DNA from: an uncultured Bacteroidales bacterium
GTDB taxonomy: Bacteria > Bacteroidota > Bacteroidia > Bacteroidales > UBA4181
Assembly: GCA_964451605.1 (NCBI GenBank)
Contig: CAYVJA010000003.1
Span: 8,156 to 46,528 of the forward strand
DNA: 38,373 nt
Reading direction: 5' to 3'
Numbering within the stretch: the first letter of the stretch is position 1; every line of letters starts with the position of its first letter. The notes under the pieces were generated by a model, which searched no databases, was not told where the DNA came from, and saw nothing but the letters and a program-made list of their open reading frames with translations. The translations under genes were made by a program, and so were the position numbers. Below, piece by piece: positions 7,723-17,239 of this stretch.

Positions 7723-10470
7723 TTAGAAAAGTTCCATCTGTTCGCCGGGGCGAATTACCTCCATTTTCACATCGGGGAAGGGATCTGTAATCTCCTCCGT
7801 CTCCCTGGTCTCTTCAGCTGCAGGGTTTTCATCGTCTGCAATTTCCTCAACTTCGGCCGGAGAGGAGGTTACCTCGATTTCCTCCTCCTGCAGCGTATCC
7901 GGCCCTTCATCCTGATTGGGCTGATCGTTGATTTCGGGCTCGGCAGGTTCGCACTCTTCAACCCGGGCAATCTCCCATGAAGAGAGTCGTTTCCCTTTAG
8001 CCCGGAAGCCCTTGATACCCACAAACTCTTCGCCGTCTACTATCTCAGGCGGCCTGCCTGCATGATGTCCTCCATAGGTTATCTCGAAGCGGGGTCTGGA
8101 GTGAGAACTGATGCAGACCAGTTGCCCTCCTTCCTCGGGAATAAACGGGGTATCGCGTTCAATACCCTCGAAACAGAACCGCTTAAGATAGTACTGGCCC
8201 GACGGGTCTATATAGATAGCCGTATATACCTTTCCGTCGTCGAACTTTTCGAGCCGTAAAAGATTCTCTTCAAAATGGTAAGAAGTATCGTATCCACAGG
8301 TCCTGAATCTGCCCGACCCATTAACCACCAGGAGCTTATCATGCGTGTCGAATTCGCCGATCAGGTCACCCCGGTTTTCGGTATTTAAACGATGAATGTC
8401 CTTGTCGAACCAAACCTTCTGTCCGCCCAGCGTCGATGAACCCTTCTCCTTAAGCATAATCTTGTGGATGCCGTGGCGGGTAAGGATATTCCCCTGAGAA
8501 TCTCTTCCTTTAATGGCCAGCTGACCCAAATCGAGCTCCATAACCAGACTCTTCAGCCTGGGCCGCGGCTTCAGGTAGACTTTCAGAATTTCCGATTCCC
8601 CGTTTGGATTGGCGCTGAAATAGAGCAGTTGTGTGCCGGGAGTTCCCTTGGTGATGTTATACTCTTTGTCGCGGGTGATACCCGAGATGGCACAACGTTT
8701 CATCATAATGGCCCCGTTCTTCCCGTCCCGGTATACAATATTGTAGATGGTTCGGCTGTCGTTCTTCTTGAAGATGTTGACATAGTGAATGTTTTTTCCG
8801 AAGAAGGCTTTCTCCGAAACTTTCGACACCACATACGACCCGTCTTTTCTGATGACAATGATATCGTCCATGTCGGAACAGTCGCAAAGGAACTCATCCT
8901 TTTTGAGCGAAGTCCCAATCATTCCCTCTTCCCGGTTTACGTAGAGTTTCTCATTGGCTATCACCACCCGGGCTGCCTCGATATTGTCGAAATTCCGAAT
9001 TTCGGTTCGGCGCTCACGCCCCTTCCCGTGTTTTTCGCGGATGGAGCCAAAGTAGGCAATGGCGTAGTCGGTAAGATGTGCCAGGTTGTGGCGTACCTGT
9101 GCCATCTCCTCCTCAACCCCGCGGATATGTTCCTCTGCCTTTTTCAGGTCGAATTTTGAGATGCGGCGCACCGGCTTTTCGGTGAGCTTCAAGAGATCGT
9201 CCCGGAGGATTTCCCGCTTAAAGAGTTTCCGGAAGGGGATAAAAGCGGTGTCGATGGCATCAATCTGTTCGTCCCACGAGGCCAGATCCTTTTCCAGTTC
9301 GCGATAGATTTTCTGCTCAAAAAAGACCTTCTCGAGCGAAGAGAAGTGCCAATCCTCTTCGAGTTCGCCCAAACGAATCTCCAACTCCTGGCGGAGCAGA
9401 TTCATGGTACGCTGGGTAGAAATTTTCAGGATGTCCGAGACAGAGAGGAAGCGGGGTTGATGCTCGTCGATTACACAGGAATTGGGCGAAACCGGAATTT
9501 CACAATCTGTAAATGCGTAGAGGGCGTCGATGGTTTTATCGGGTGAGATCCCGGGAGCCAAATGAAACAGAATCTCTGCTTCGGCAGCCGTATTATCATC
9601 GATTTTCCGGATCTTAATCTTTCCCTTATCGTTGGCTTTCAGAATGGAATCGATGAGCGAAGAGGTGGTTTTCCCAAAAGGGACCTCTTTAATGGCCAGG
9701 GTCTTGCTGTCAACTTTTACAATCTTTGCTCTAATTCTGACCGATCCTCCCCGGATTCCTTCGTTATAACGTGATACATCTATATAACCGCCTGTGGGGA
9801 AGTCGGGATAGAGTTCGAACGATTCGCCCCGCAGATGGGCAATCGAAGCGTCAATCAGTTCGAGGAAGTTGTGAGGCAGAATTTTTGACGCCAGCCCGAC
9901 GGCAATTCCCTCAACCCCTTGCTGCAGCAAAAGCGGGAATTTCACGGGCAAGGTTATGGGCTCTTTGTTACGTCCGTCGTACGAAAGTTTCCAGGGAGTG
10001 GTTTTGGGGTTAAACACCACGTCGTGAGCAAATTTCGAGAGTCGGGCCTCAATGTAGCGGGGTGCAGCCGCGCCGTCGCCTGTAAGAATGTTTCCCCAGT
10101 TACCCTGGGTTTCTACCAGCAACTCTTTCTGCCCCATATTCACCAGGGCATCGCCGATGGAGGCATCGCCGTGGGGGTGAAACTGCATCGTATGGCCAAT
10201 GATATTGGCCACCTTGTTAAATCGGCCATCGTCCATTCGCTTCATGGAGTGGAGAATACGCCGCTGAACAGGCTTCAGTCCGTCGTCGATATGGGGCACG
10301 GCCCTCTCAAGAATTACATACGAAGCGTAGTCGAGAAACCAATCCTCGAACATGCCCGAAAGGGTATTAATTCTGGGATTCTCCTCGTGTAGTCCACCGC
10401 CCTCCTCTTGGGGGGCGGTATTGCCGTGGCCCTCTCGACCGGCCGTTTCGTGTGTTAAATCATCTTGCAT
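7723..10470 (-). CDS. parC: DNA topoisomerase IV subunit A (Bacteroidota type)
   Basis: DGLKPVQRRIL, HPHGDASI, catalytic AAPRYIEARL and GIAVG; adjacent to parE; acidic C-terminal tail. Confidence 0.93.
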   Translation of the reverse strand: MQDDLTHETAGREGHGNTAPQEEGGGLHEENPRINTLSGMFEDWFLDYASYVILERAVPHIDDGLKPVQRRILHSMKRMDDGRFNKVANIIGHTMQFHPHGDASIGDALVNMGQKELLVETQGNWGNILTGDGAAAPRYIEARLSKFAHDVVFNPKTTPWKLSYDGRNKEPITLPVKFPLLLQQGVEGIAVGLASKILPHNFLELIDASIAHLRGESFELYPDFPTGGYIDVSRYNEGIRGGSVRIRAKIVKVDSKTLAIKEVPFGKTTSSLIDSILKANDKGKIKIRKIDDNTAAEAEILFHLAPGISPDKTIDALYAFTDCEIPVSPNSCVIDEHQPRFLSVSDILKISTQRTMNLLRQELEIRLGELEEDWHFSSLEKVFFEQKIYRELEKDLASWDEQIDAIDTAFIPFRKLFKREILRDDLLKLTEKPVRRISKFDLKKAEEHIRGVEEEMAQVRHNLAHLTDYAIAYFGSIREKHGKGRERRTEIRNFDNIEAARVVIANEKLYVNREEGMIGTSLKKDEFLCDCSDMDDIIVIRKDGSYVVSKVSEKAFFGKNIHYVNIFKKNDSRTIYNIVYRDGKNGAIMMKRCAISGITRDKEYNITKGTPGTQLLYFSANPNGESEILKVYLKPRPRLKSLVMELDLGQLAIKGRDSQGNILTRHGIHKIMLKEKGSSTLGGQKVWFDKDIHRLNTENRGDLIGEFDTHDKLLVVNGSGRFRTCGYDTSYHFEENLLRLEKFDDGKVYTAIYIDPSGQYYLKRFCFEGIERDTPFIPEEGGQLVCISSHSRPRFEITYGGHHAGRPPEIVDGEEFVGIKGFRAKGKRLSSWEIARVEECEPAEPEINDQPNQDEGPDTLQEEEIEVTSSPAEVEEIADDENPAAEETRETEEITDPFPDVKMEVIRPGEQMELF

Positions 10471-10495
10471 GGTACCGTTTCAGTTCCTTAAGGAT

Positions 10496-12352
10496 TTATG
10501 CGAGTACTTCGGCCGTTTCGGGCACCGGGTCTTCGTCGAAGCGTAATTTTTCGATGATAAAATTCTGGCGGTCCGGGGTATTTTTCCCCATATAAAACTC
10601 CAGCATATTTTTGATATTGTCGGATTTACGCAGTTTTACCCGTTCCAGCCGAATGCCGGGACCGATAAAATGGACAAACTCATCGGGCGATATTTCACCC
10701 AACCCTTTAAATCGGGTAATCTCGGGATTGGCCCCTAATTCGCGACAGGCATCAAGCCGTTCATTCTCGGAATAACAGTAAAAAGTCTTCTTTTTGTTAC
10801 GTACCCGGAATAGGGGAGTCTGCAGGATATAGAGATGTCCGTTTTTGATCAGGTCGGGGAAAAACTGCAGGAAAAAGGTAAGAATCAGTAAACGTATATG
10901 CATCCCGTCGTCGTCGGCATCTGTAGCAATAATCACCTTGTTGTAGCGCAGATTTTCGATTCCCTCCTCAATATTGAGCGCGGCCTGCAGCAGATTAAAC
11001 TCCTCGTTCTCGTAGACCACTTTTTTTGTGAGGCCGAAAGAGTTGAGCGGTTTCCCCTTGAGACTAAATACGGCCTGGGTATTCACATCACGGCTCTTGG
11101 TAATGGAGCCGCTGGCCGAATCGCCCTCGGTAATAAAAATGGAGGTCTCTTCGTTTCGTTCGTGTTTATCGCCCAGATGAAGGCGGCAATCGCGCAATTT
11201 GCTGTTGTGAAGGCTCACTTTCCTGGCCCGCTCTTTGGCCAGCTTGCGGATACCGGCCATGGCCTTTCTTTCTTTCTCCGACTCCACAATTTTTCGGAGC
11301 AGGATTTCGGCGGTATCAGGATTACGGTGCAGATAGTTGTCGAGCTCCTTTTTTAGAAAATCGAGAATAAACTTGCTGACGGTGGGGCCTCCCGGACCCA
11401 TATCTTTCGAGCCGAGTTTGGTTTTGGTCTGCGATTCAAAAACCGGTTCTTCAATCTTCACACTCACAGCGGCCACTATGGAGGCACGGATATCGGTGGC
11501 CTCATAATCTTTTTTGTAAAAATCCCGGATGGTTTTTACATAGGCCTCTCTGAAGGCCGCCAGATGGGTGCCTCCCTGTGTGGTAAACTGACCGTTAACA
11601 AAGCTGTAGTACTCCTCGCCGTATTGATTCCCGTGGCAGAGAGCAATCTCGATATCTTCCTCTTTCAAATGAATAGGGGGGTAAATGCCCGGGGTGCTCA
11701 TATTTTCGTTCAGGAGATCGAGGAGCCCGTTTTTCGAAAAAAAACGGATTCCGTTGAGCCGGATGGAGAGACTGGAGTTCAGAAACACATAGTTCCGTAC
11801 CATAGTCTCCAGGTACTCCTGGTTAAACTCGTAGGTGCCGAAAAGCGATTCATCGGCCACAAACGAGGTAAGTGTTCCATTGGGTTCGGCCGAATCGGAT
11901 TCGGGCGATTCGGTAACCACCATCCCTTCCGAAAAGGAAACTTTTTTGGTGCGTCCGTCGCGGAACGACTGAATGCAAAATTCGGACGAAAGAGCATTCA
12001 CTGCCTTAATACCCACACCGTTCAGACCCACCGACTTCTTAAAAGCTTTAGAGTCGTACTTGGCACCGGTGTTCATTTTTGAGGCTACATCGAGCACCTT
12101 CCCCAGCGGAACTCCCCGTCCAAAATCCCTGACAGAAACCTTGCGGTTGTCGATGGTAATCTGAATCTCTTTGCCAAACCCCATCATATGCTCATCGATA
12201 GAGTTGTCGAGTACCTCCTTTATCAGAACATAAATGCCGTCGTCAGGTGAGGTGCCGTCGCCCAGTTTTCCAATATACATGCCGGGACGGCGACGGATAT
12301 GCTCCTGCCAGGCCAGTGTTCTGATATCTTCATCTTTGTACTCTGCAACCAT
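10496..12352 (-). CDS. parE: DNA topoisomerase IV subunit B
   Basis: [27 protein letters not shown] (GHKL), EGDSA and RFKGLGE; lacks the long GyrB insert. Start placed at ATG 12352. Confidence 0.93.
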   Translation of the reverse strand: MVAEYKDEDIRTLAWQEHIRRRPGMYIGKLGDGTSPDDGIYVLIKEVLDNSIDEHMMGFGKEIQITIDNRKVSVRDFGRGVPLGKVLDVASKMNTGAKYDSKAFKKSVGLNGVGIKAVNALSSEFCIQSFRDGRTKKVSFSEGMVVTESPESDSAEPNGTLTSFVADESLFGTYEFNQEYLETMVRNYVFLNSSLSIRLNGIRFFSKNGLLDLLNENMSTPGIYPPIHLKEEDIEIALCHGNQYGEEYYSFVNGQFTTQGGTHLAAFREAYVKTIRDFYKKDYEATDIRASIVAAVSVKIEEPVFESQTKTKLGSKDMGPGGPTVSKFILDFLKKELDNYLHRNPDTAEILLRKIVESEKERKAMAGIRKLAKERARKVSLHNSKLRDCRLHLGDKHERNEETSIFITEGDSASGSITKSRDVNTQAVFSLKGKPLNSFGLTKKVVYENEEFNLLQAALNIEEGIENLRYNKVIIATDADDDGMHIRLLILTFFLQFFPDLIKNGHLYILQTPLFRVRNKKKTFYCYSENERLDACRELGANPEITRFKGLGEISPDEFVHFIGPGIRLERVKLRKSDNIKNMLEFYMGKNTPDRQNFIIEKLRFDEDPVPETAEVLA

Positions 12353-12377
12353 ATCTGATTTTGGGAAATTTTGCTGA

Positions 12378-12385
12378 CAAATATA
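12378..12385 (-). promoter_or_regulatory. -7 promoter element (TATATTTG) for parE-parC-aroK
   Basis: TAnnTTTG match 25 nt upstream of the parE ATG. Confidence 0.55.
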
Positions 12386-12405
12386 CAGAAAACAAATGGG
12401 GAGGG

Positions 12406-13137
12406 TCACAAAAAAACCACCTCTTTTAGCCAGTATTTTCGTTCTTCGCCCTCTGTGGTCAGGATATAAAGCCGTCCATCTTCGCCCACTCTCTCCAGGG
12501 TTCCTTCGAATTTTCCCGAACTGTCGGCGAAGGCAGAAACCCCGCCTCTGTGGTAGAGCCGATCATGATAAATACGATCTATCTCTGCCAGCCTGCCCGA
12601 ACGTGCCTGCTCGTATCGGCCCATAATGGCCCTCTGCACCAGAGGTGCCAGGGAGGCCGGCTCGAACGATCTTTTTGCTGCCTCCGCCAGCGATATCGGA
12701 TTGGGAATGCCTGGGCTGAAAACCCTCTGATTTACGTTGATTCCCACTCCGGCTACCGCGTTTTTCATATAGTTTCCCGCGATTACCGTCTCAATCAGAA
12801 TACCTCCCAACTTGCGCGAACCCACATAGAGATCGTTTGGCCATTTTACAGAAACATTTTCAACTCCCAGCGTGTCGGCAAAGTCGACCAGTGCAACTCC
12901 CAGCAACTTCGAAAGCCAGAACTGTTTAGACGGTAAAAGAAAGGAGGGGTAAAAGACCATGGAAAAACAAAGATTCATATCGGGTGCGCTCTCCCAGACA
13001 TTGCTCCCTTGTCCGCGGCCCGCATTTTGCCGGGAAGTCCAGAAGAGGGTTCCCTCTTCTGGATTATCGGTTTTCAACAGCCCGGTAAGATAACAGTTGG
13101 TTGAATCGGTTTCGGGAAGATGGATGATTGATGTCAT
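12406..13137 (-). CDS. birA: Biotin-[acetyl-CoA-carboxylase] ligase without an HTH domain
   Basis: [24 protein letters not shown] and GVGINVN. Confidence 0.95.
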   Translation of the reverse strand: MTSIIHLPETDSTNCYLTGLLKTDNPEEGTLFWTSRQNAGRGQGSNVWESAPDMNLCFSMVFYPSFLLPSKQFWLSKLLGVALVDFADTLGVENVSVKWPNDLYVGSRKLGGILIETVIAGNYMKNAVAGVGINVNQRVFSPGIPNPISLAEAAKRSFEPASLAPLVQRAIMGRYEQARSGRLAEIDRIYHDRLYHRGGVSAFADSSGKFEGTLERVGEDGRLYILTTEGEERKYWLKEVVFL

Positions 13138-13188
13138 GATTGAACAAAAAGATTTCTGCCAATGTTCCTATTGTGGTGATGCCTGAAG

Positions 13189-13219
13189 TTTGACAAGTTG
13201 CAGGTTTATATTACCTTTG
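13189..13219 (+). promoter_or_regulatory. Canonical Bacteroidota -33/-7 promoter for rsfS-ftsH-cdsA-psd
   Basis: TTTG (13189-13192), 19-nt spacer, TACCTTTG (13212-13219). Confidence 0.75.
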
Positions 13220-13236
13220 CGGCTCGGACAACCCTG

Positions 13237-13244
13237 CAAAAATA
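13237..13244 (-). promoter_or_regulatory. Possible -7 element (TATTTTTG) for birA
   Basis: TAnnTTTG followed by CAG on the minus strand, about 100 nt upstream of birA; no clear -33. Confidence 0.4.
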
Positions 13245-13284
13245 GGGTTTGTAAAGCGATCTTACCAGGCATAACTCCCTTTTG

Positions 13285-13698
13285 ATGAATAAAAACAGAA
13301 TGAACGAAACAGAACCTCTTCTTAGTGTTATACTCGATGCAATTGAAGAGAAACAGGGTAGAGATATGATCAGTATCAATTTATCACATCTCGGGAATGC
13401 TGTTGCCGACTATTTCGTAATCTGTCATGGCGATTCCGTGCCTCAGGTAGGAGCTATCGCCGCATTTGTCGAGGAACTGGTGGCAAGAAAACTCGATATG
13501 AAGGTTCTGCGCAGGCAGGGTTTCGAAAACAGCCAGTGGGTGTTGTTGGTTTTCGACAATGTGGTTGTGCATATCTTTCTGAAAGAGTATCGCGACTATT
13601 ACAAACTCGAGGATCTCTGGGCCGACGGTGTTGTGGTAAACTATGCCGAAACAGGGAACCACCCTTTGCCTCCCAAAAAAAAGAAATCTCTTGATTAG
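13285..13698 (+). CDS. rsfS: Ribosome silencing factor RsfS (Iojap)
   Basis: AIEEKQG, ADYFVICHG, QV.AIA and VVVHIF...RDYYKLEDLW; alternative start at 13300. Confidence 0.93.
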   Translation: MNKNRMNETEPLLSVILDAIEEKQGRDMISINLSHLGNAVADYFVICHGDSVPQVGAIAAFVEELVARKLDMKVLRRQGFENSQWVLLVFDNVVVHIFLKEYRDYYKLEDLWADGVVVNYAETGNHPLPPKKKKSLD

Positions 13699-13702
13699 CT
13701 CT

Positions 13703-15721
13703 ATGGATACTGACCAAAAATCACAGTCAAAACCCTCTCCCGACGGAAAGAAGCCTGTTCTTCCCGGACCGGTCAGGCCCAGATTTAATATCTATTGGGT
13801 CTATATGCTGGTCTTCTTTGTGATTGTGGCTCTCCAGTTCTTCCGTTACGGAGACTCTCCCCAGGAAACCGACTGGAAAACCTTCCGTCAGGAGATGTTG
13901 TTGAAAGGCGACGTCGAAAAGGTGATTGTGGTGAACAACGCCGAAGTAGAGGTCTTCATCCGGCAGGATCGGTTAAAGGGTGATTACTATAAGAAGTATC
14001 TCGATAACGGGATGATGTCTATACCCCAGAAGGGGCCCCATTTCCATTTTGCCATTGGCTCGGTTGAGACCTTCGAGAAAAATATGACAGAAGCCCAGGC
14101 CGAAATTGCCGAATCGGAAAGGGTTTCCATTACGTACGAGCCCCGAAAGAATTTCTGGACCGATGCAGCGCTTTGGCTTCCAGTCATCCTGATTGTGGTT
14201 TTCTGGGTTTTCTTCTTCCGTCGTATGGGCTCCGGAGGGGGTTCCGGCGGAGGAATATTCAATGTAGGCAAATCACGTGCGCAGATTTTCGACCGTGAGA
14301 CCGCCGTCCGAACCACCTTCAAGGATGTAGCCGGTTTGGAGGAGGCCAAAGTGGAGATCAGCGAAATTGTGGAATTTTTGAAACACCCGCAGAAGTATAC
14401 CGACCTGGGCGGGAAAATTCCTAAGGGAGCCCTGCTGGTAGGCCCTCCGGGTACAGGAAAGACCCTTATTGCAAAGGCGGTGGCGGGCGAAGCCAATGTC
14501 CCCTTCTTTTCCATATCGGGTTCCGATTTTGTGGAGATGTTCGTCGGCGTAGGAGCCTCGCGTGTGCGCGATCTTTTTAAACAGGCCAAAGAGAAGGCTC
14601 CCTGTATCATCTTTATCGATGAGATTGATGCCATTGGCCGAGCCCGTGGGAAAAATCCCAATATGGGTTCGAACGACGAACGCGAGAATACCCTCAATCA
14701 GCTCCTTACCGAAATGGACGGTTTTTCGCCCAATACGGGAATCATCATCCTGGCTGCCACCAACCGTGCCGATATTCTCGACAGAGCCCTGCTGCGTGCC
14801 GGGCGCTTCGACCGCCAGATTCTGGTTGAGCTGCCCGATTTGAACGAGCGTCGCGCCATATTTCTGGTTCACCTGCGTCCTGTGAAGATTGAGAAGGGGC
14901 TTGATGTGGATTTCCTTGCCAAGCAAACTCCCGGTTTTTCTGGTGCCGACATTGCCAATGTATGTAACGAGGCTGCCCTTATTGCTGCCCGAAAGGAGAA
15001 GAAGGCGGTCGAAAAACAGGATTTTCTCGATGCCATAGATCGTATTGTGGGCGGGCTTGAAAAACGCAACAAGATGATCTCTCCCCGTGAGAAGAAGACC
15101 ATTGCCTTTCATGAGGCGGGTCATGCCACGGTTAGCTGGATGCTCGAACATGCCAGCCCGCTGATTAAGGTCACCATCATTCCCCGCGGCCGGGCTCTGG
15201 GTGCTGCATGGTATCTGCCCGATGAGCGGCAGATAACTACCGTTGAGCAGATTCTCGACGAGATGTGCGCCATTCTCGGAGGGCGTGCTGCCGAAGAGTT
15301 GGTCTTCGGGACTGTCTCGACAGGTGCGCTTAACGATCTGGAGCGGGTTACCAAGCAGGCTTATGCCATGGTGGCCTACTACGGTATGGGAAAAGAGTTG
15401 AAGAACAAAAGTTTCTTCGATTCCACCAACGCGGCCGAATTCTCATTTCAGAAGCCTTACAGCGAAAAGACGGCCGAAGTGATAGACCGGGAGACTGCCG
15501 AGATTATTACTGCTGCCTACGAACGGGCTAAGAAGGTGTTATCCGATCATCGGGAGGGATTCGAACAGTTGGCCAACCGGCTTTTGGAGTCGGAGGTTAT
15601 CTTCCGCGAAGATCTCGAGCACATTTTTGGCGAGCGTCAGTGGAAGAGTGAAGATCTGCCGGTTTCCGGCCAGATTGCCGAACAGGAGAGTCAGAATAAC
15701 CAAGAACCTACCGTTTCCTGA
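13703..15721 (+). CDS. ftsH: ATP-dependent zinc metalloprotease FtsH
   Basis: Two TM segments, [31 protein letters not shown] and HEAGH. Confidence 0.98.
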   Translation: MDTDQKSQSKPSPDGKKPVLPGPVRPRFNIYWVYMLVFFVIVALQFFRYGDSPQETDWKTFRQEMLLKGDVEKVIVVNNAEVEVFIRQDRLKGDYYKKYLDNGMMSIPQKGPHFHFAIGSVETFEKNMTEAQAEIAESERVSITYEPRKNFWTDAALWLPVILIVVFWVFFFRRMGSGGGSGGGIFNVGKSRAQIFDRETAVRTTFKDVAGLEEAKVEISEIVEFLKHPQKYTDLGGKIPKGALLVGPPGTGKTLIAKAVAGEANVPFFSISGSDFVEMFVGVGASRVRDLFKQAKEKAPCIIFIDEIDAIGRARGKNPNMGSNDERENTLNQLLTEMDGFSPNTGIIILAATNRADILDRALLRAGRFDRQILVELPDLNERRAIFLVHLRPVKIEKGLDVDFLAKQTPGFSGADIANVCNEAALIAARKEKKAVEKQDFLDAIDRIVGGLEKRNKMISPREKKTIAFHEAGHATVSWMLEHASPLIKVTIIPRGRALGAAWYLPDERQITTVEQILDEMCAILGGRAAEELVFGTVSTGALNDLERVTKQAYAMVAYYGMGKELKNKSFFDSTNAAEFSFQKPYSEKTAEVIDRETAEIITAAYERAKKVLSDHREGFEQLANRLLESEVIFREDLEHIFGERQWKSEDLPVSGQIAEQESQNNQEPTVS

Positions 15722-15733
15722 TACCGTAGCATT

Positions 15734-16558
15734 GTGAATGAATTATTGAAACGATCCATTACGGGGGCGTTCTTCGTTGCTTTACTGGTGGCCGGAATAT
15801 GGGTACACCCCATCTCCTATTTGTCGCTGTTTGCCTTTATTACCGGGGGTACCATCTACGAGTTTTATCGGATTGTGATTAAGCGGCGCCTTCTGGCACA
15901 GCGACATCTGGGAACGCTGACAGGTGTATTTCTCTTTGTCATCACCTTCTTTCATGCACAGGCCATTGTGAATGAGGATATTTTCTTAATCCTGATTCCC
16001 ATTATGGTGCTTATTTTCATATCCGAACTCTATAAAGGAAATCTGCGTCCGTTCGACAACATAGCTGTCTCCGTTCTGGGCGTTATCTATATAGCTTTAC
16101 CCTTTTCGCTATTCAACTACTTTATCTTTTTGCATAAAGAGGGGCAGATTTTTTTCACCCCCGAGGTGTTACTGGGATTTTTCTTTCTTCTTTGGGCCAA
16201 CGACTCAGGCGCCTACCTGGCCGGCCGCCGTTTTGGGAAACATCGTCTTTTTAAGCGGATCTCGCCAAAAAAATCGTGGGAAGGATTTGCCGGCGGAGCA
16301 ATTCTCTCACTTACGGTAGCGCTGATTATTTCGAAAGCGTTTCCCATCTTGCGTCTTGTCGACTGGGTGGCCATGGCTGTGATTATTTCTATCTTCGGCG
16401 TGTATGGCGACTTGAACGAATCGATGCTTAAGCGGAGTCTTAACATCAAAGATTCCGGCACTATGCTTCCCGGACACGGGGGATTGCTTGACCGGTTTGA
16501 TTCTGTGCTGCTGGCCTCGCCCATTGTCTACCTCTATTTGCGTATATTTGTTTATTAA
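15734..16558 (+). CDS. cdsA: Phosphatidate cytidylyltransferase
   Basis: Polytopic membrane protein; DSGAY, ISPKKSWEG and GDLNESMLKR..KDSG.MLPGHGGLLDRFDS. Confidence 0.96.
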   Translation: MNELLKRSITGAFFVALLVAGIWVHPISYLSLFAFITGGTIYEFYRIVIKRRLLAQRHLGTLTGVFLFVITFFHAQAIVNEDIFLILIPIMVLIFISELYKGNLRPFDNIAVSVLGVIYIALPFSLFNYFIFLHKEGQIFFTPEVLLGFFFLLWANDSGAYLAGRRFGKHRLFKRISPKKSWEGFAGGAILSLTVALIISKAFPILRLVDWVAMAVIISIFGVYGDLNESMLKRSLNIKDSGTMLPGHGGLLDRFDSVLLASPIVYLYLRIFVY

Positions 16559-16576
16559 CCCCCATAATCTACCGTC

Positions 16577-17239
16577 TTGGAAATAAGATTACATCACGAG
16601 GGCTTTCTGATTCTGATTGGCGCCTTTTTGCTCCTGGTTATTCTGAATGTAGTGGTTTATTGGCTCTTTAAGCCCACTAACTTTTTTGCCTGGCTTCTGC
16701 CTGTGGCTTCGCTCCTCTTTTTTCTTTTTCTTCTCTGGTTTTTCCGTAACCCTCTCCGGCCGGTGACCCCGGATGAGTCGCTCATTATCTCGCCTGCCGA
16801 TGGTGAGGTGGTTGTGGTGAAGAAGGTGTTCGAGCCCGAATACTTCAACGATGAGCGGTTACAGGTCTCCATCTTTATGAGCCCTCTTAACGTCCATGTA
16901 AATCGATATGCCATAAGTGGTACGGTAGTCTTTTCTGCCTATCATGCCGGTACAAATCTGGTTGCCTGGCATCCCAAATCATCGTCCGAAAATGAGCGGT
17001 CGTCGGTAGTCATTCAAGATGCCCGGGGTCGTGAAATTCTTGTGCGACAGATTGCCGGTGCTGTGGCACGCAGAGTGGTCTGTTATGCCAAAGAGGGGAT
17101 GAAGGTGGTCCAGGGCGATGATATGGGCTTTATCAAATTCGGTTCACGGGTAGACCTCTTCCTGCCTCTCAACACCCGTCTTTCGGTAAAAGAGGGCGAT
17201 GTCGTAACCGGGAACGTTTCGCGTATTGCTCTATGGTAG
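16577..17239 (+). CDS. psd: Phosphatidylserine decarboxylase proenzyme
   Basis: FFRNP, SPADG, IFMSPLNVHVNR, ENER and the autocleavage motif FGSRVD. Confidence 0.95.
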   Translation: MEIRLHHEGFLILIGAFLLLVILNVVVYWLFKPTNFFAWLLPVASLLFFLFLLWFFRNPLRPVTPDESLIISPADGEVVVVKKVFEPEYFNDERLQVSIFMSPLNVHVNRYAISGTVVFSAYHAGTNLVAWHPKSSSENERSSVVIQDARGREILVRQIAGAVARRVVCYAKEGMKVVQGDDMGFIKFGSRVDLFLPLNTRLSVKEGDVVTGNVSRIALW

